A stretch of 64,000 bases of DNA, taken from assembly GCF_009914755.1 (NCBI RefSeq), contig NC_060931.1, one strand, 5' to 3'. The translations under genes and the position numbers were made by a program. Under the pieces are notes generated by a model. The model was not told the DNA's origin and did not search any database. It saw nothing but the letters and a program-made list of their open reading frames with translations. This DNA comes from the human T2T-CHM13v2.0 reference genome, Homo sapiens. Positions 26,968 through 40,920 of the stretch are shown piece by piece (the first letter of the stretch is position 1; each line of letters opens with the position of its first letter).

Positions 26968-28047
26968 GCATATGTTTTATTCAAAGGAAGACCAGAAGAG
27001 ATCTGAGCGACCATATGGAAGGCTTTGGGGCCAAGAGGCTTTTTAATAATCTCTGTCAATCTCTCTCTGCCTTTATCCCTCCACAATGAAGCAGGGACTG
27101 CAAAAGCCACCTATGGCTTCTATTAATACAGGAGAATTCAACTCAAGGGACTGCAGGCCATGGCCCAAGAGCCTTTCCTCTCACTAATCTGATTAGACAC
27201 TCAATCTTCTGTAGCTATGTGATTCAGGCCAACACTTAGACACATGGCATGTCTGGGCTCTTCAGAGATGCACTGGGGTTTTCTCTGTGTGAAGGCACTT
27301 TGAGCTTAACATGCTGTGAACAGACAGTGTCTGGAGAGGATGACAGGAGTGGGAGAGGAAGATGCCGCTGCAGAGACTTCTAGCAACGAACTCCGACACT
27401 GACATCCCTGGGCAAATCACTGCCACTTGTTTGAAAAACAGCCTCAAGTGGATGTCATGCTGACGGTAATAAGATTTAAAATTAGTCTTAACGTGCCTTT
27501 ATCAAAGGAGGCTTAATTGCAGGGTCTAATCAGTACATAAAATACTCTAACGACAGTTTTGCTGACAAAGTAATTCTAAACAAACCAGAGGATTTAGAAA
27601 TGGGTAACATCTTTGTGGAATTACTCAGTTTTGGTGTCACTAAAGTCGGCCTCCATTCAAGCCCGTCTCCTCATGCTCTAGGTCTTCTGATTTAGAATTT
27701 ATACATTTAGAATTTCTAAGATATCCTTGCCTGTGATCCAGGAATACTATCGTGTCTTAGTGTATCTTGTCTGGCCAGATACACTATTGCAGAGGAAGGA
27801 GCTCTGCTGTGTACCTGCTACGTGATCTTGGGCAAGTTACTTATCTTCTCTGAGACTCAGTTTTCTCACCTGTTAAATGAAGGAAATAATGCCTGCTTTG
27901 AAAGGTTGTTGAGGGGATTTAAATAAATGAGCTATGTGGATCCATTTTTATGTTGTTTCTCTCTCCAATCCCAGAAAGCTATGATGCTCTCAGCCCTAGT
28001 GACCCTAGGGATGCTGTTACTAAGTGTTTTTTGTGATTTGCAAATAG

Positions 28048-28150
28048 GATTATTTGTATTATTTGTATTTGTATTATTATATTTGTATTGTATTGTATTA
28101 TATATATTTGTATTGATTATATTGTATTATTTGTATTTGTATTATTATAT
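28048..28150 (+). repeat. Low-complexity TATTTG/TGTAT-rich simple repeat
   Basis: Read directly from the sequence. Confidence 0.8.
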
Positions 28151-28156
28151 GTAGCT

Positions 28157-28360
28157 CAGTGGTTCTCAACTTGGGGTGATTTTGCCCCCAAGGGACATCT
28201 GGCAACGTCTAGAGCCATTTTTGGTTGTCACAACTAGGGGGAGAGGGGCAGGTTCTACTGGTGTCTAGTGGGGAGAGGTCAGGGATGCTCCTAAACATCT
28301 CACAACACACAGGACAGCCCCATGACAAAGACTTATCTGGCCCTAAATGTCAATAATGCC
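28157..28360 (+). mobile_element. MER20 (hAT-Charlie)
   Basis: cagtggttctcaacttggggtgattttgccccc...ggacatctggcaacgtctagagccatttttggttgtcacaact. Confidence 0.88.
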
Positions 28361-31300
28361 CTGGCCCTAGAGGATGATATATATTAGCATTCATGGGTTC
28401 CCCTAAGGAGTATGCCTTGTAGATCTCCCTTTTGTTTAAAGAGGCTTTAAAGAGGGCTGAGGGAAAGTACTCCAATGGAATCGCAGTGAGTTCCAATTAC
28501 TGAGCATAAGGGAAGCAGATCTAAATCCAGCCTGACTTGGCCAGTATTTCTCTGTTCTTTGTTCTTCAAGTGGAGGTCTGTGAATGGTCTGCTAGCATCC
28601 TGCATCTTCTCATTTCCGTCTGACTCGAAGTATTTCCTGCAACTTTCCTCCATGTGATATATGGGATTGACTTAATTTTGCTGTCCTTCTCACCCATGAA
28701 TGCTGAACATTGAGAAATATACAGAAATATCTTGTGTGTGAAGTCAAGAGCAGCTAGACCTGCCAGGAGGCTTTTCCAGAGGTCATGGGGAATGGTCACA
28801 GGAAACAAGATACTGAGCTTAGGAGAAGATGAATGGGATCACTGGAGGAGGCCCCAATGAAACCTGGCTACTTGGAGGGCAGGTGTATGATAGATTCATT
28901 CTCCCCAGCTGATTCCATCAATTGGTGATACAAGTACATATAAATATACAGTATATTATCAGTTTTATTTGCCTGGAAGGAAAATATATTAAATATTAAT
29001 GATAGTTATTTTCTTGATAGATATAACTTTTTCCCCCGGGTAGCTGTTTTTGAACTTTCTAAATTTTCTCTGAGTATTTTACATATTAAAAAAATGGATT
29101 TTTTTAAAGAAGAATTAAAGAGTCGTTTCTGAAATGTCTGCCTGAACTTTATATTCTGAGGATTTCTTCTCCTCTGTAAATCGCAGGTTAGATGTTGGCA
29201 AGCTGCTGCTAAGAGATAAATTGCTCTCCCACCTCCCCAGCTGAGAGTCATGTCTGGGTAACAGCTGCTTCAATAATGACTTTATTTGGTGATGGATGTA
29301 TTCTTGCTTTACAGATGCTGAGATGACTTGAGCCAAATGAAATTGCATGTATGACTGTTCATTTCTCCTCACTCCACTCACGGTAGGTGCCAGAGACAGA
29401 GGGCCTCAAGCCAGGGAAGGAGGATGTGACATTGCTTTCCTCTTCGTAGAGGCGATGTCACCCTTGGGCACTTGCTCCTAGAGAGCTGCATGCAGCTGGC
29501 AACTGCACCAGCACAGCAATATCGCCCACAGCAGGCTCCGCTGAGGCCAAGCCCCACCCCGCCCAGGTTCCTACTCTCCCTTCTGCTTTGCATTTTGTGA
29601 TGATGGCAAATCACTCTTTTCCAAACGAAAAAAGAAAAATGCAAGATCCAGTCTTGAGAAGGAATGTTCTCACTTCTCAAAGAGCTACTGGTCTATAATG
29701 CGAGAAAGCTGGAAAGCTGTTTATTGGAAGAACTGTGGATGTTTCTTGTCACGAAGGCATGACCCTATGGCGCTGAAAGGCATATATTTCGGAATAACAA
29801 CTTCTAGCATATATTTTGGAATGTAACCCTCTCAAAGAACTACCTTGCAGCTCTCAAGGACCACCGTGATCTCAAGGAGAAGTTATCTACGAGCAAATAT
29901 AGAAGGGAGAGAAGGACCAGGAAGAGGCAAGTTGGCAGAACCCAGGATAAATCCACATTTGGGGGTTATACTGAGAACAGCGAGGAAGTTCTCTTACAAC
30001 TTATGACCAGAATATCCACTAGCAAAATGTAGTGGCCTGTTTCCTCCATCCAAAAGAGAAATGGAAAGCCCCAAACTTGGGATCAAGAAAGTGAATAACA
30101 TAATTATAAAAGGGTGAAAGTCTAACACAAACTGTCCTTTTGAGGACAGCAGAGCCCATGGGTCAGAAAAAGCCTAACAGCCCCTGACTTAACCCCTTTC
30201 TTACTGTGTGACCTTGGGAAGTGACCTAAGTGCTCTGAGCTTTTGACTTTTATAGGTAAAGTAGGTAATAATACCAACCTCCTGGGGGTATTCAGAGAGA
30301 GAAGTGATAAAATGCAAGGAAAGTATTTAGCACAATGCCTTGCACCAGGTTGTCAGTCAACAGTAGCTAACTCAGTATCGATGGCAGCCAAAACCACACA
30401 AGCACCACATGCCCGATGTCCGATAAAGGCACGTTGCAGGGATTTTGCCATTATTTCTGGTGCCATATAGAATACCCCTTAGCTCCTGACCCTGGTACCA
30501 TTTTTTGCTGGTTCTGCCTGACTCCTGCATGTTGACTCAGTTTCCATTTTTAGCTCTATTCCTGCAGGTTGGACCACAGATGTTGGTTTTCTAGGTAATC
30601 TCTATCCGGAATTGGGCCTATTTGCTTAACACCTAGCACTACCACACAGGAAGGTGAGGATGAGATTTGGATAGTAGGATTTGAAAAATGAGACACTGTT
30701 AATTCATGAGAAAGAAGTATGAGGGTTTTAGTTAATTGTAAAATCCACACGGTCAGCAACAAATTTGGGAGGAGGGGTGAGTGTAATCTGATTCCAAAAC
30801 TCAAGGGGGGGCCTCCAAGTGGGCATGTGCTTGATTTTGGGCAGTAGAAAGATCTAGCAATAAGTATTTAGTAGGCACTATTTATCAAGTATTCACTATA
30901 TACTAGACACTATTCGTTGAAATTTATAAACATGATTTAATATAATCCTTCAACCACTGTTAGAAAAGATTGTACAAAGTTTTACCAACCAGGAAATAAC
31001 TTACTTGAAGTCAAACAGCAAGCAAGTATTGAATCTGGAATTTGACACAGGCCTTCAAAGCTAATATATATTTTTTTAACAACTGAATAACTCTAACATT
31101 GGCCCCAAATTGGGCCTTTCCTCAACAATTAGTAATTATCACACACACATATTTTGTCTCTCCCTTCCTCTCAAACACTCAGAAGAGTTAGCTAGAAAAG
31201 CACTCATAGATTATTAATTTTTAGTGTCTCATTTTTTATGCCTCTCTTCTTAAAAACTATGTTTTGTATCAACAGATCTTGCTCAATCTCTTAGAGTTTT

Positions 31301-32362
31301 GGAGCAACATTGTTACCTGATTCCAAAGACAAAATGAAATGGCATAATAAAATGAAAATGGTTGTGTTCTTCAGCTTTAAATGTGCAAAACTACTCTGCA
31401 AGTTAAGTAAGGCCTTTTGTTTGCTGGACTGTCAAAACACATTTAGAAAACATGGTTTTCAAGTGATCTATTTTAACTGGAACATGATAGAACTAAAATT
31501 TATCTATTGAAGCTAAGCTGCAAACCATGTCACATAGGAAGGGTTGAAAAGAAATGGGAAAACAGAAAACTAAAAGGGACATAATAGTTGTTTTCAAATA
31601 TTGAAAGGTTGTTGTGAAGAAGTCAAATTGAATGTATCCATGTGGTCTTAAGGAGTGCATAGGGGGCTGTTAGATGGAAGTCACTAAATGTAATGAATGT
31701 TCTTATGTTCTTGTGTATATTCAGATTATTCTGTGTTCAAAGGGGGCATTTTGGTGGCTAGTTGGGTTTTTGGCTCTATAGTTGTCCAGCAGAGGCTGGC
31801 TTGAGGATGGACTTCTTATACTTGGACAGTGGGTCAGATTAATGACTACTAAGAGTCTGTAATTTTACCCATCAAATTGCATCATCCAAATAGGCAGGTA
31901 TACTCATTGCTGTCGGAGGCTTTTGCAAGAATCTGAGACAGACAGACTAGGAGTGAGGGTAGGGGTACCACTGCCCATGAGACTACAGGAAGGCCTGGTG
32001 AGAGAAGGAGTGAGATGAGAGAAGAAATGGGAGAGCTGAGGTCAGAGGTCAAGGGAAGCGAATTGAGTGTCAACCATAGGTGGTAGATAAATAGAAGCAT
32101 GGTGCATTGGTAGAGGTTGGAATGAAGCAGGAAGTTAGAGTGCAGTGGGCAAGAAGGCAATGTAGGGGATCCAGTGGATAAAGTTAGTCCAGGTCCTTAA
32201 TCTGCTGACACTGGATTTAAAAATGCAAAATAAATTTTTCTTATTTCAAATGCAAGACATGCTCATTACAAAAATCTGAAATATAGATTTTCATTACACA
32301 AACAAGAAAATATAAATTCCCAGAGTTCTAGTCAATCAGAGAAAACTATTAAAAACACGTTA

Positions 32363-32685
<323 letters not shown>

Positions 32686-33539
32686 AACACATTGGTGTAT
32701 ATCCTTCTGAATGCTTTTCTAGGCATATATACAACACACACACTGACATTCTAAAATAAAATCCATATACATTTTCATACAGTTTTATGAGCTATTTTTT
32801 TCAGTTAACATCTTATTAACATCTTTCCTTTCAACGGGCCACTTCACATGATTGTGAATGTTAGTCATGTGTGTCAAGGTATAAATGGATGTCTCATAGT
32901 TTATTTTAGCCTGAGGTTTTACAATTTTATTTTAAACACTGGAATCCTTTCATGAAACAAAATCATACATGGGGCGTAGCAAATAAACAGATAAACAAAA
33001 CAAACAGAGCAGCTCCATTTGATGAGTAAAATTGCAAAGTCAAGAGTCAGTCATATTTTGAAAACTTTGGCTGTATATTACCAAATTTTTTTCCAGAGAG
33101 ATTGTGAGAGCCTGTTTTATTACCCTTTCACCATCATGGAATATTTTAAAAATGTTCTCAAATTTTGTCTTATGATGTTAATGTGCCTTTTAATATTATC
33201 TGTGATCTTAAACATTTCCTTTGTTTATTGATTTCTTTGCTTATTCATACAGAATTTACTTACTATTTTAAATCCACATTTATTTTGGATTATACTATGC
33301 TGAATTATTGTGTTTTTTGATTTTTAAATACCACTTATACATTAAGAGAAATAATCTTTAATCATACAAAAATTTGCCAAGTTGAAAGGCCAAAAACATG
33401 TATCATTTTAATGTGTATTTCTTCAAGTTTTTTTGATGGTATTTTTTTTCAATTATTCCCCTGGTCATTTATACTGATATTTTGTTAATTGCCTGTTTAT
33501 TTCCTTTTCACATTTTTCACTAAAGCATTCATTTTTTCT

Positions 33540-36500
33540 TATTTATTTATTATTGAATTAATTTAATTTTCTTTATCTTTTTCCTCTTCTGTTGATAGAG
33601 AAGTCACACATTTTGTTTCTAATATTTTCAATAGTTATTCCCCAATTTTTAACATGTAGAGTTGATTTAAAGTCTAAAGATTATCAGTATCTCTAAGCTT
33701 CTGAAAAGTAAAAGGAGGTTAAAGTACTTTAGGTTACGTTATATGTTTTTGTTGTACGTTACATTCTTCTGTATTTTAATTCCACATAGTTTTAAGACAC
33801 CTTAAATTAGTTATTATTAGTTATAAGGTGTGTTAAAACTTAACACACTTTAAATTAGTTATTATTATTGTGTCTTTTACACAGCTATTTCTGGTTTAGA
33901 ATTACTTTCAAAATTATCCTTCTTTCCCTTACTCTTAGAGATCATCTGTGAGTGACAAATTCCCTTCAACCTTGTTGGAAATGTCTTTATTTTGTTTCCA
34001 TTCTTGAGTGACAGTTTAACTGGGAATACAATTCTACTTAAAATTATCTTCTCTCAATGCTATGAAAACATATGATCAGACCTCCATTCCAGAGCCTCTC
34101 CACGGGTGCTGCGGTGCATACCTCTCTCCTCATTGCAGTGCACTGTGGACTGGTCACTGGTATGCAGAAGAATTGATGGCCTGGTTGTCAGGGTGTCAGG
34201 GCAGGGCTTGGGCTGTGGCCCTTCCTGGTGAGCAGCCTTATCTGCCTACCCTCGTGTGTTGTACAGGCATCATAACTTTCAACGTATGCTGTGACATAAA
34301 AATACTCAGACAAACATAGAGTCAAATGATGAGTGAACTCCCATTCACAATTGCTACAAAGAGAATAAAATACCTAGGAATACAACTTACAAGGGATATG
34401 AAGGACCTCTTCAAGGAGAACTACAAACCACTGCTCAAGGAAATACGAGAGGACACAAACAAATGGAAAAACATTCCATACTCATGGATAGGAAGAATCA
34501 ATATCATGAAAATGGCCAAACTGCCCAAAGTAATTTATAGATTCAATGCCATCCCCATCAAGCTACCATTGACTTTCTTCACAGAATTAGAAAAAACTAC
34601 TTTAAATTTCATATGAAACCAAAAAAGAGCCCAAATAACCAAGACAATCCTATGCGAAAAGAGCAAAACTGGAGGCATCATGCTACCTGACTTCAAACTA
34701 TGCTACAAGGCTACAGTAACCAAAAGAGCATGGTACTGGTACCAAAACAGATATATAGACCAATGGAACAGAACAGAGGCCTCAGAAATAATGCCACACA
34801 TCTACAACCATCTGATCTTTGACAAACATCACAAAAACGAGCAATGGAGAAAGGATTCCCTATTTAATAAATAATGTTGGGAAAACTGGCTAGCCATATA
34901 AAGAAAACCAAAACTGGACCCCTTCCTTACACCTTATATGAAAATTAACTCAAGATGGATTAAATAAGTGTAAGATCTAAAACCATAAAAACCCTAGAAA
35001 AAACCTAGGCAATACCATTCAGGACATAGGCATGGGCAAAGACTTCATGACTAAAACACCAAAAGCAATTGCAACAAAAGCCAAAATTGACAAATGGGAT
35101 CTAATTAAACTAAAGAGCTTCTGCACAGCAAAAGAAACTATCATCAGAGTGAACAGGCAACCTACATAATGGGAGAAAATTTTTGCAGTCTATGCATGAG
35201 ACAAAGGGCTAATATCCAGAATCTACAAAGAACTTAAACAAATTTACAAGAAAAAACAAACTACTCCATCAAAAAGTGGGAGAAGGATATGAACAGACAC
35301 TTCTCAAAAGAAGACATTTATGTGGCCAACAAACATGAAAAAAAGCTCCTCATCACTGGTCATTAGAGAAATGCAAATCAAAACCACCATGCCAAATACC
35401 ATCTCACGCCAGTTAAAATGGCGATCATTAAAAAGTCAGGAAACAACAGATGCTGGAGAGCGTGTGGAGAAATGGGAATGCTTTTACACTGTTGGTGGGA
35501 GTGTAAATTAGTTCAACCATTGTGGAAGACAGTGTAGCAACTCCTCAAGGATCTAGAACCAGAAATACCATTTGACCCAGCAATCCCATTACTGGGTATA
35601 TACCCAAAGGATTATAAATCATTCTACTATAAAGACAGATGCACACATATGTTTATTGCAGCACTATTCACAATAGCAAAGGCTTGGAATCAACCCAAAT
35701 GCCCATCAGTGATAGACTCGATTAAAAAAATGTGGCACATATACACCATGGAATACTATACAGCCATAAGAAAGAATGCGTTTGTGTCCTTTGCAGAGAC
35801 GTGGATGAAGCTGGAAAGCATCATTCTCAGCAAACTAACACAGGAACAGAAAATCAAACACCACATATTCTCAATAATAAGTGGGAGTTGAACTATGAGA
35901 ACGCATGGACACAGGGAGGGTAACATTACACACCAGGGCCTGTAGTGGGGGGTGGGGGACTAGGGGAGGGATAGCATTAGGAGAAATACCTAATGTATGT
36001 GATGGGTTGATGGGTGCAGCAAACCACCATGGCACGTGTATACCTATGTCACAAACCGCACGTTCTCCACATGTATCCCAGAACTTAAAGTATATTAAAA
36101 AAAAATTACTCAGAGTCCTCTTCCATTGTTGCTACTGAAGTAGCAACCTCTGTTAGTGTAACACTTCCTGTGAAGGTGATCGTCTTTCTCTCTAGGTATT
36201 TCACATTTTCTCTGTCTTTGGTGTTTTTCAGTGTCACTGTGATTTTTATCAATGCATATTTACTTATCTTGCTTGGGACTTTTTATATTTCCAAATCTAA
36301 GGATTTGTTTTACTGGAAAATCTTCAGCCATTATTCCTTGAAATACTGCATTTCCACCATTTGCTCTTCTTTCGTTTTGGAACTTCTATTAGAGTTCTCA
36401 CCTTCAAGCTGCCTAACAGTCAATTTTTTTTCTCAATTCTTTGCATGGCCTTTTGGGTAATTTTTCTCAGATCAGTCTTTCAGCTCATTAATTCTCTCTT

Positions 36501-37130
36501 CAGTTGTGTCTAACCTATATTTAACGTGATACGGAGTTCATTTTTCCAATGACTGTATTTTTCATGTTTTACTGCTTTTGTCATCTCTTTATTGTTCTGG
36601 GGATTTCAATTCTATTTAAAATATGTTTACCTCAGGCCAGACGTGGTGGCTCACACCTGTAATCCCAGCACTCTGGGAGGCCAAGGCAGGCACTTTATTT
36701 TATTTTCATGTTTTTATTCCATTATGTCAAGTTTTGGGGTATCTAATCTTACTCTTACTCATTATAGATTGTGAGTCTTTTTTCTCCCACAGCCTAGTCA
36801 GAGAAGATTTCATGTTAGCTTCTTGTGACAATGGTTAGGTTTCTTTCCCCCCCCCCCCATCTAACTTGCAAATGAGGGTGTAGCCGTCTTAAGATCCTGG
36901 CTTTTATGGGAAGACATCAGTTCTCTTCCTAATTAATATGCAAATGAGGTCTGGTCTCTAAATTCCCCACCTGGACACTAGAACTTACACCTCTCTCAAG
37001 ACAACTAACACCCTGGGGAGGCCACAGCCTCAGCCACAAGTTTAGTGCTTTGGATTTCAGTTCTTTCCTCATCACTGACACGTGTGGATTTCCCTTTTTG
37101 TAATAGAAGATCAGGGAAATCATTTAAAAT
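33540..37130 (-). mobile_element. Very old antisense L1M fragments (33540-34073 and 36115-37130), interrupted by the 34074-34300 insert and an L1PA
   Basis: T-rich antisense L1 phrases (gaaatgtctttattttg, ttaactgggaatacaattcta, cttccattgttgctactgaag, ggaaaatcttcagccattattcc, cattaattctctcttcagttgtgtctaa). Confidence 0.65.
34311..36101 (+). mobile_element. 5'-truncated L1PA (L1PA7-type)
   Basis: ORF track fragments [21 protein letters not shown]... and LPDFKL... are L1 ORF2. L1PA7-type 3'UTR and poly-A. TSD aaaaatactcaga (34298-34310) / aaaattactcaga (36102-36114). Confidence 0.94.
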
Positions 37131-37360
37131 GATTTTTATTGTTTTAAATTTTTAGCCACATTTGAAATAATTGTTTTGGGGAGGATGTTTTGGGTATTGC
37201 TATGAAACCAGAAGTTCTTTATACTTAAATTCTGTCTTATGGTGTAAAGATTTTCTTTGTGGCCATCTATATGAGGAACGTTTTCCAAAGATATATTATG
37301 TATATTTTTTGTAGACTATGTATATCCAAACATCTTTATTTTTTATTTCTCTCTCTCTCT

Positions 37361-37362
<2 letters not shown>

Positions 37363-37392
<30 letters not shown>

Positions 37393-37570
37393 GGATACAG
37401 GGTCTCAATCTGTTGCCCAGGCTGGAGTGCAGTCACTCGGTCACGGTTCACTGCAGGCTTAAACTCCTAGGCTCGAGCAATCCTCCTGCCTCAGCTAAGT
37501 AGCTAAGAGTAGCTAAGACTACAGGCATGCACCACCATGTCTGGCTTTTTAAATTTTTTGTAGAGAAGGG
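37363..37570 (-). mobile_element. AluJ/FRAM-like right-arm fragment with long poly-T
   Basis: cagggtctcaatctgttgcccaggctggagtgcagt ... tcgagcaatcctcctgcctcagc. Confidence 0.85.
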
Positions 37571-37792
37571 ATCCAAAACATCTTTCAAATTCAGTTAATC
37601 ATATATATGCCATTATTTGAAGTCTCTACCTAAGGAATGGTGCTCATCACTTCTCTTCTATATATAATAGTTTTGGTTTATATATTTCAAGGTGATTTTA
37701 TTTAGCATGTAGATATTATTGATGAATAAAATATTCTATTTTATTTAGCACACAGACAGAGACATGAAAAAAAGTATCAACGTGAAAGAGTA

Positions 37793-38130
37793 CAGAGGGT
37801 CTGCAACTTACAATGGTTCACCTAGATTTTTTGACTTTGTGATGGTGTGAAACTGTTGCAATTTGAATGTACTTCAAATTTTGAATTTTGATCTTCTCCT
37901 GGGCTTGCAATATGCAGTATATGAGATATCCAACACTTTCTTATAAAACAGGTTTTGTGTTAGCTGATTTTGCCCAGTAGGCTAATGTGTTTTCAGCACA
38001 TTTAAGGTAGGCTAGGCTAAGCTCAGATGTTCAGTAGGTAGGTATATTAAATGCATTTTTGACTGAAGATATTTTCAACTTACAAAAGGTTTATTGGGAT
38101 GCAACTCTGTTGCGAGTTGAGGACCATCTG
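37793..38130 (-). mobile_element. MER82-like Tigger (TcMar) element
   Basis: ta|cagagggtc...aacttacaatgg ... ttaaggtaggctaggctaagct ... gttgaggaccatctg|ta; TA TSD. Confidence 0.78.
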
Positions 38131-38414
38131 TATTATAAAATAACTTTCTTTTTCCTATCTTTGTATTTTCAATTTTATTTTGCCTGCTGTTTATTTGCTC
38201 CTTCCCCACCACCTCCTCTCTCCACTCATTGCAGTGGGACTTTGCATTTGCTGGTATTTCTTGCTCAACTCTGTATTTGCAATTATTGTGTGTCATTTTG
38301 TCTTAGGCACATATCTTGTAACCAGCATTTGTCCAGATTTTGCTTTTTCAGCCAGTCTGAGAAAGATTTGGTCTTACTTCTATTTTTGTATTTATATATT
38401 GAACTTTGAAAATA

Positions 38415-38835
38415 CAGTTGACCCTTGATCAACACAGGTTTGAACTGTGCAAGTCCATTTTTATGTGGATTTCCTTCTGCCTCTATCACCCCGAGACAGC
38501 AAGACCAACCCCTCCTCTTCAGCCTACTCAACGTGAAGATGATGAGGATGAAGACCTTATTAGTGATCCACTTCAACTTAATATTAATAAATAGCAAATA
38601 TATTTTCTCTTATGATTTTAATAGCATTCTTTTCTCTAGCTTTAAGAATACTGTATATGATACAAATAATATACAAAATATGTATTAATTGATTGTTTAT
38701 ATTATCAGTAAAGCTTCTGATCAAAGGTAGGCTATTAGTAGTTACGGTTTTGGGAAGTCAAAAGTTATACTTGGATTATTTGACTGTGCTGGCAGTTGAT
38801 ACCCCTAACTCCCATATTGTTCAAGGGCTAACTAT
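38415..38835 (+). mobile_element. Tigger2a/MER28-like element
   Basis: TIR cagttgacccttga ... ttcaagggctaact; internal gaagatgatgaggatgaagacctt. Confidence 0.85.
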
Positions 38836-39459
38836 ATAGACTTCTATTTTGCTGTCTTTTGCAATGGTGATCAAGTTTCGTCTCTTCTACAGCACCCTGT
38901 ATATAATCTCTGTTGGATTCCATTTGCTTCCAATAATTTGATTGATTGAATGATTGATATTCAGCCTTCTTTAAAAGTGAAGCATTTTTGACACATACTC
39001 AGCCTCCAGTCCCACCCTTCCACGACTCTTCTTTTGTGCTGCTGCCTGTGTGACAGTCGTGATCTTAAAATGCAAATCTGGTCATGCCATTTACCCAGGT
39101 AAAATATGTCAGTGGCTCTTGATCACATAAAGAATATATTTCCAACTTCTTGGCAAGACAGTCAAGATTCTTTACCTTTTTTCCCATCTTATCTTCTATT
39201 CTCTCTCCCATATTCCTCTCTGTTCTCCAGCCATGAAAGTTTCCTCTTTCTAATGCCTTAAGTGATTAGGGTATAATTATATTTTTATATGGGTTTATAG
39301 CATACACGCTACCTCCCCACTGGAATTTATCTTAAATTGTGGTTTTATTGCATTACCTCCAATCCTTAATTCAAGAAGTATATCAAAATTCTTAAATTTT
39401 CCACTCTTCCTTTCTCTTTCTCATTTTTCTTTACCGTAAAACAGACTGAATTGGTTGAA

Positions 39460-39770
39460 AAATGGTCCTTCATATCTACAGGTTCTGCATCCTCAGATTT
39501 AACCAACTGAGACTGAAAATATTTGGGGAAATAAACAATAAAAAACACAATACAAACTCTAAACTTTGAAAATGATAGAGTCTAAACCATTTGTATAGCA
39601 CTGACATTGTATTAGGTATTATAAACAGTCTAGAGATGATATAAAATATACAGGAGGATGTGCATAGGTTATATGCAAATATGATGCCATTTTATATAAG
39701 GGACTTGAGCATCCTGGGTTTCGGTATCCAAAGGCTCCTGGAACCAATCCCCCATGGATCTGGAGGGATT
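39460..39770. mobile_element. MER2-family Tigger MITE
   Basis: ggttctgcatcctcagatttaaccaac ... gggacttgagcatcc ... cctggaaccaatcccccatggat. Confidence 0.82.
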
Positions 39771-40079
39771 GATCGCATATCTTCTAGTTTAAGCTATGCT
39801 AAAGATCCCACCCTCAAACCACCGTGGATGACAGAGGAAAGGAAGGAAAGGGAAGGGACGGGGAGGGCAGGGGATTTCCTTTTTGAGCACTGACAGTTTT
39901 CAGTCACCTCATGTATAATCCTCACAAGTAATAACATTTCCATTATATAAATGAGTAACAGGCACACAGTAAATGACTTGCCTCAAATTATCTTTCTGTT
40001 TGGAGAAGTCCACCAAATGCACACTATCTCATTATTTCATCTCATTATCATTTCCTAAACTCTTCTGTTCCTCCTCTCT

Positions 40080-40920
40080 TCCTGATTTTTGCTCACAGCC
40101 CTCTCTCTTACCTCTTCTAGGAGCTCAGGAGTCCTCTGCACTCTCTCTCTCTTACCCCCATGCTAATGAGGTCTCCGCTTCCAGCTCATTCTGCCTCTTT
40201 AATAACTTTACCCTCCTCCTCATTTCTATTACTACTACCAAAGTCTAAGCTCAAATAATGCTGGTTGGGATTATTTCAAAAATCTCCTTGCTAATATTTC
40301 TGCTTCCAGTTTTCTCCCACTTCAAGCTTGCCCCCACAAGGCTGTTTTGTATCTGTGATACTTCTGAATGGCAAATCTGACATCACACCTCTTAATGCAC
40401 TCTCTTTTGCCCGCAAGTAAACGTCCTTGCCAACTCTGTCAGGATTTTCATGATCTGTGCTTTTCTTCCTCTGCAGGGTGTTATCACCCTTTGCTCTCTC
40501 ATATGCATCCGGCACAGCAGCCACACTGAATGACCTACAGATTCCTGAGTCGTTCCAGATCAGCCGCCTCCATGCTTTGTTCACACTCTCTACTCTACTT
40601 AGGTTTCTCTCTTACATGGTGAACATCCCTTTTTCAAGATCTTACTCAAGTTTCTACTCCTCTCTTGCTTTCCCTTATACCATTTTGGAAAGTGTTGGTC
40701 ACAACCTCCTTTCTACTATTCTACCTTGTACATATTTATATAATGCTATTTACCACACTGTGCTGCAACTTTTCGGTTTTATATTTGACTAAGTTGCTTG
40801 TCATTTCCCTGATTTGATGAATTTTGTTCTCATTTTTACAAATCTCAATTTTACAAATTTTGTTCTTGTTGAGTTCCTAGGGCCTATCTCTAAGCACACT
40901 TTTGATTATTGAATGGATAT
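40080..40920. mobile_element. L2 fragments (another at ~38990-39260)
   Basis: Pyrimidine-rich L2-like phrases (gcaaatctgacatcacacctc, cagccacactg). Confidence 0.5.

Noticed and set aside
34074-34280. Minus-strand box C/D reading (ATGATGC ... CTGA) of the unclassified insert, and the 85-aa plus-strand ORF at 34062
   Set aside because: The C box is imperfect with no terminal stem. The ORF straddles repeat junctions and resembles no protein I know.
34326-35923. ORFs resembling reverse transcriptase / L1 ORF2 (also 5495-5710 and 24359-24930)
   Set aside because: They are fragments of truncated, stop- and frameshift-riddled L1 copies, not genes or active elements.
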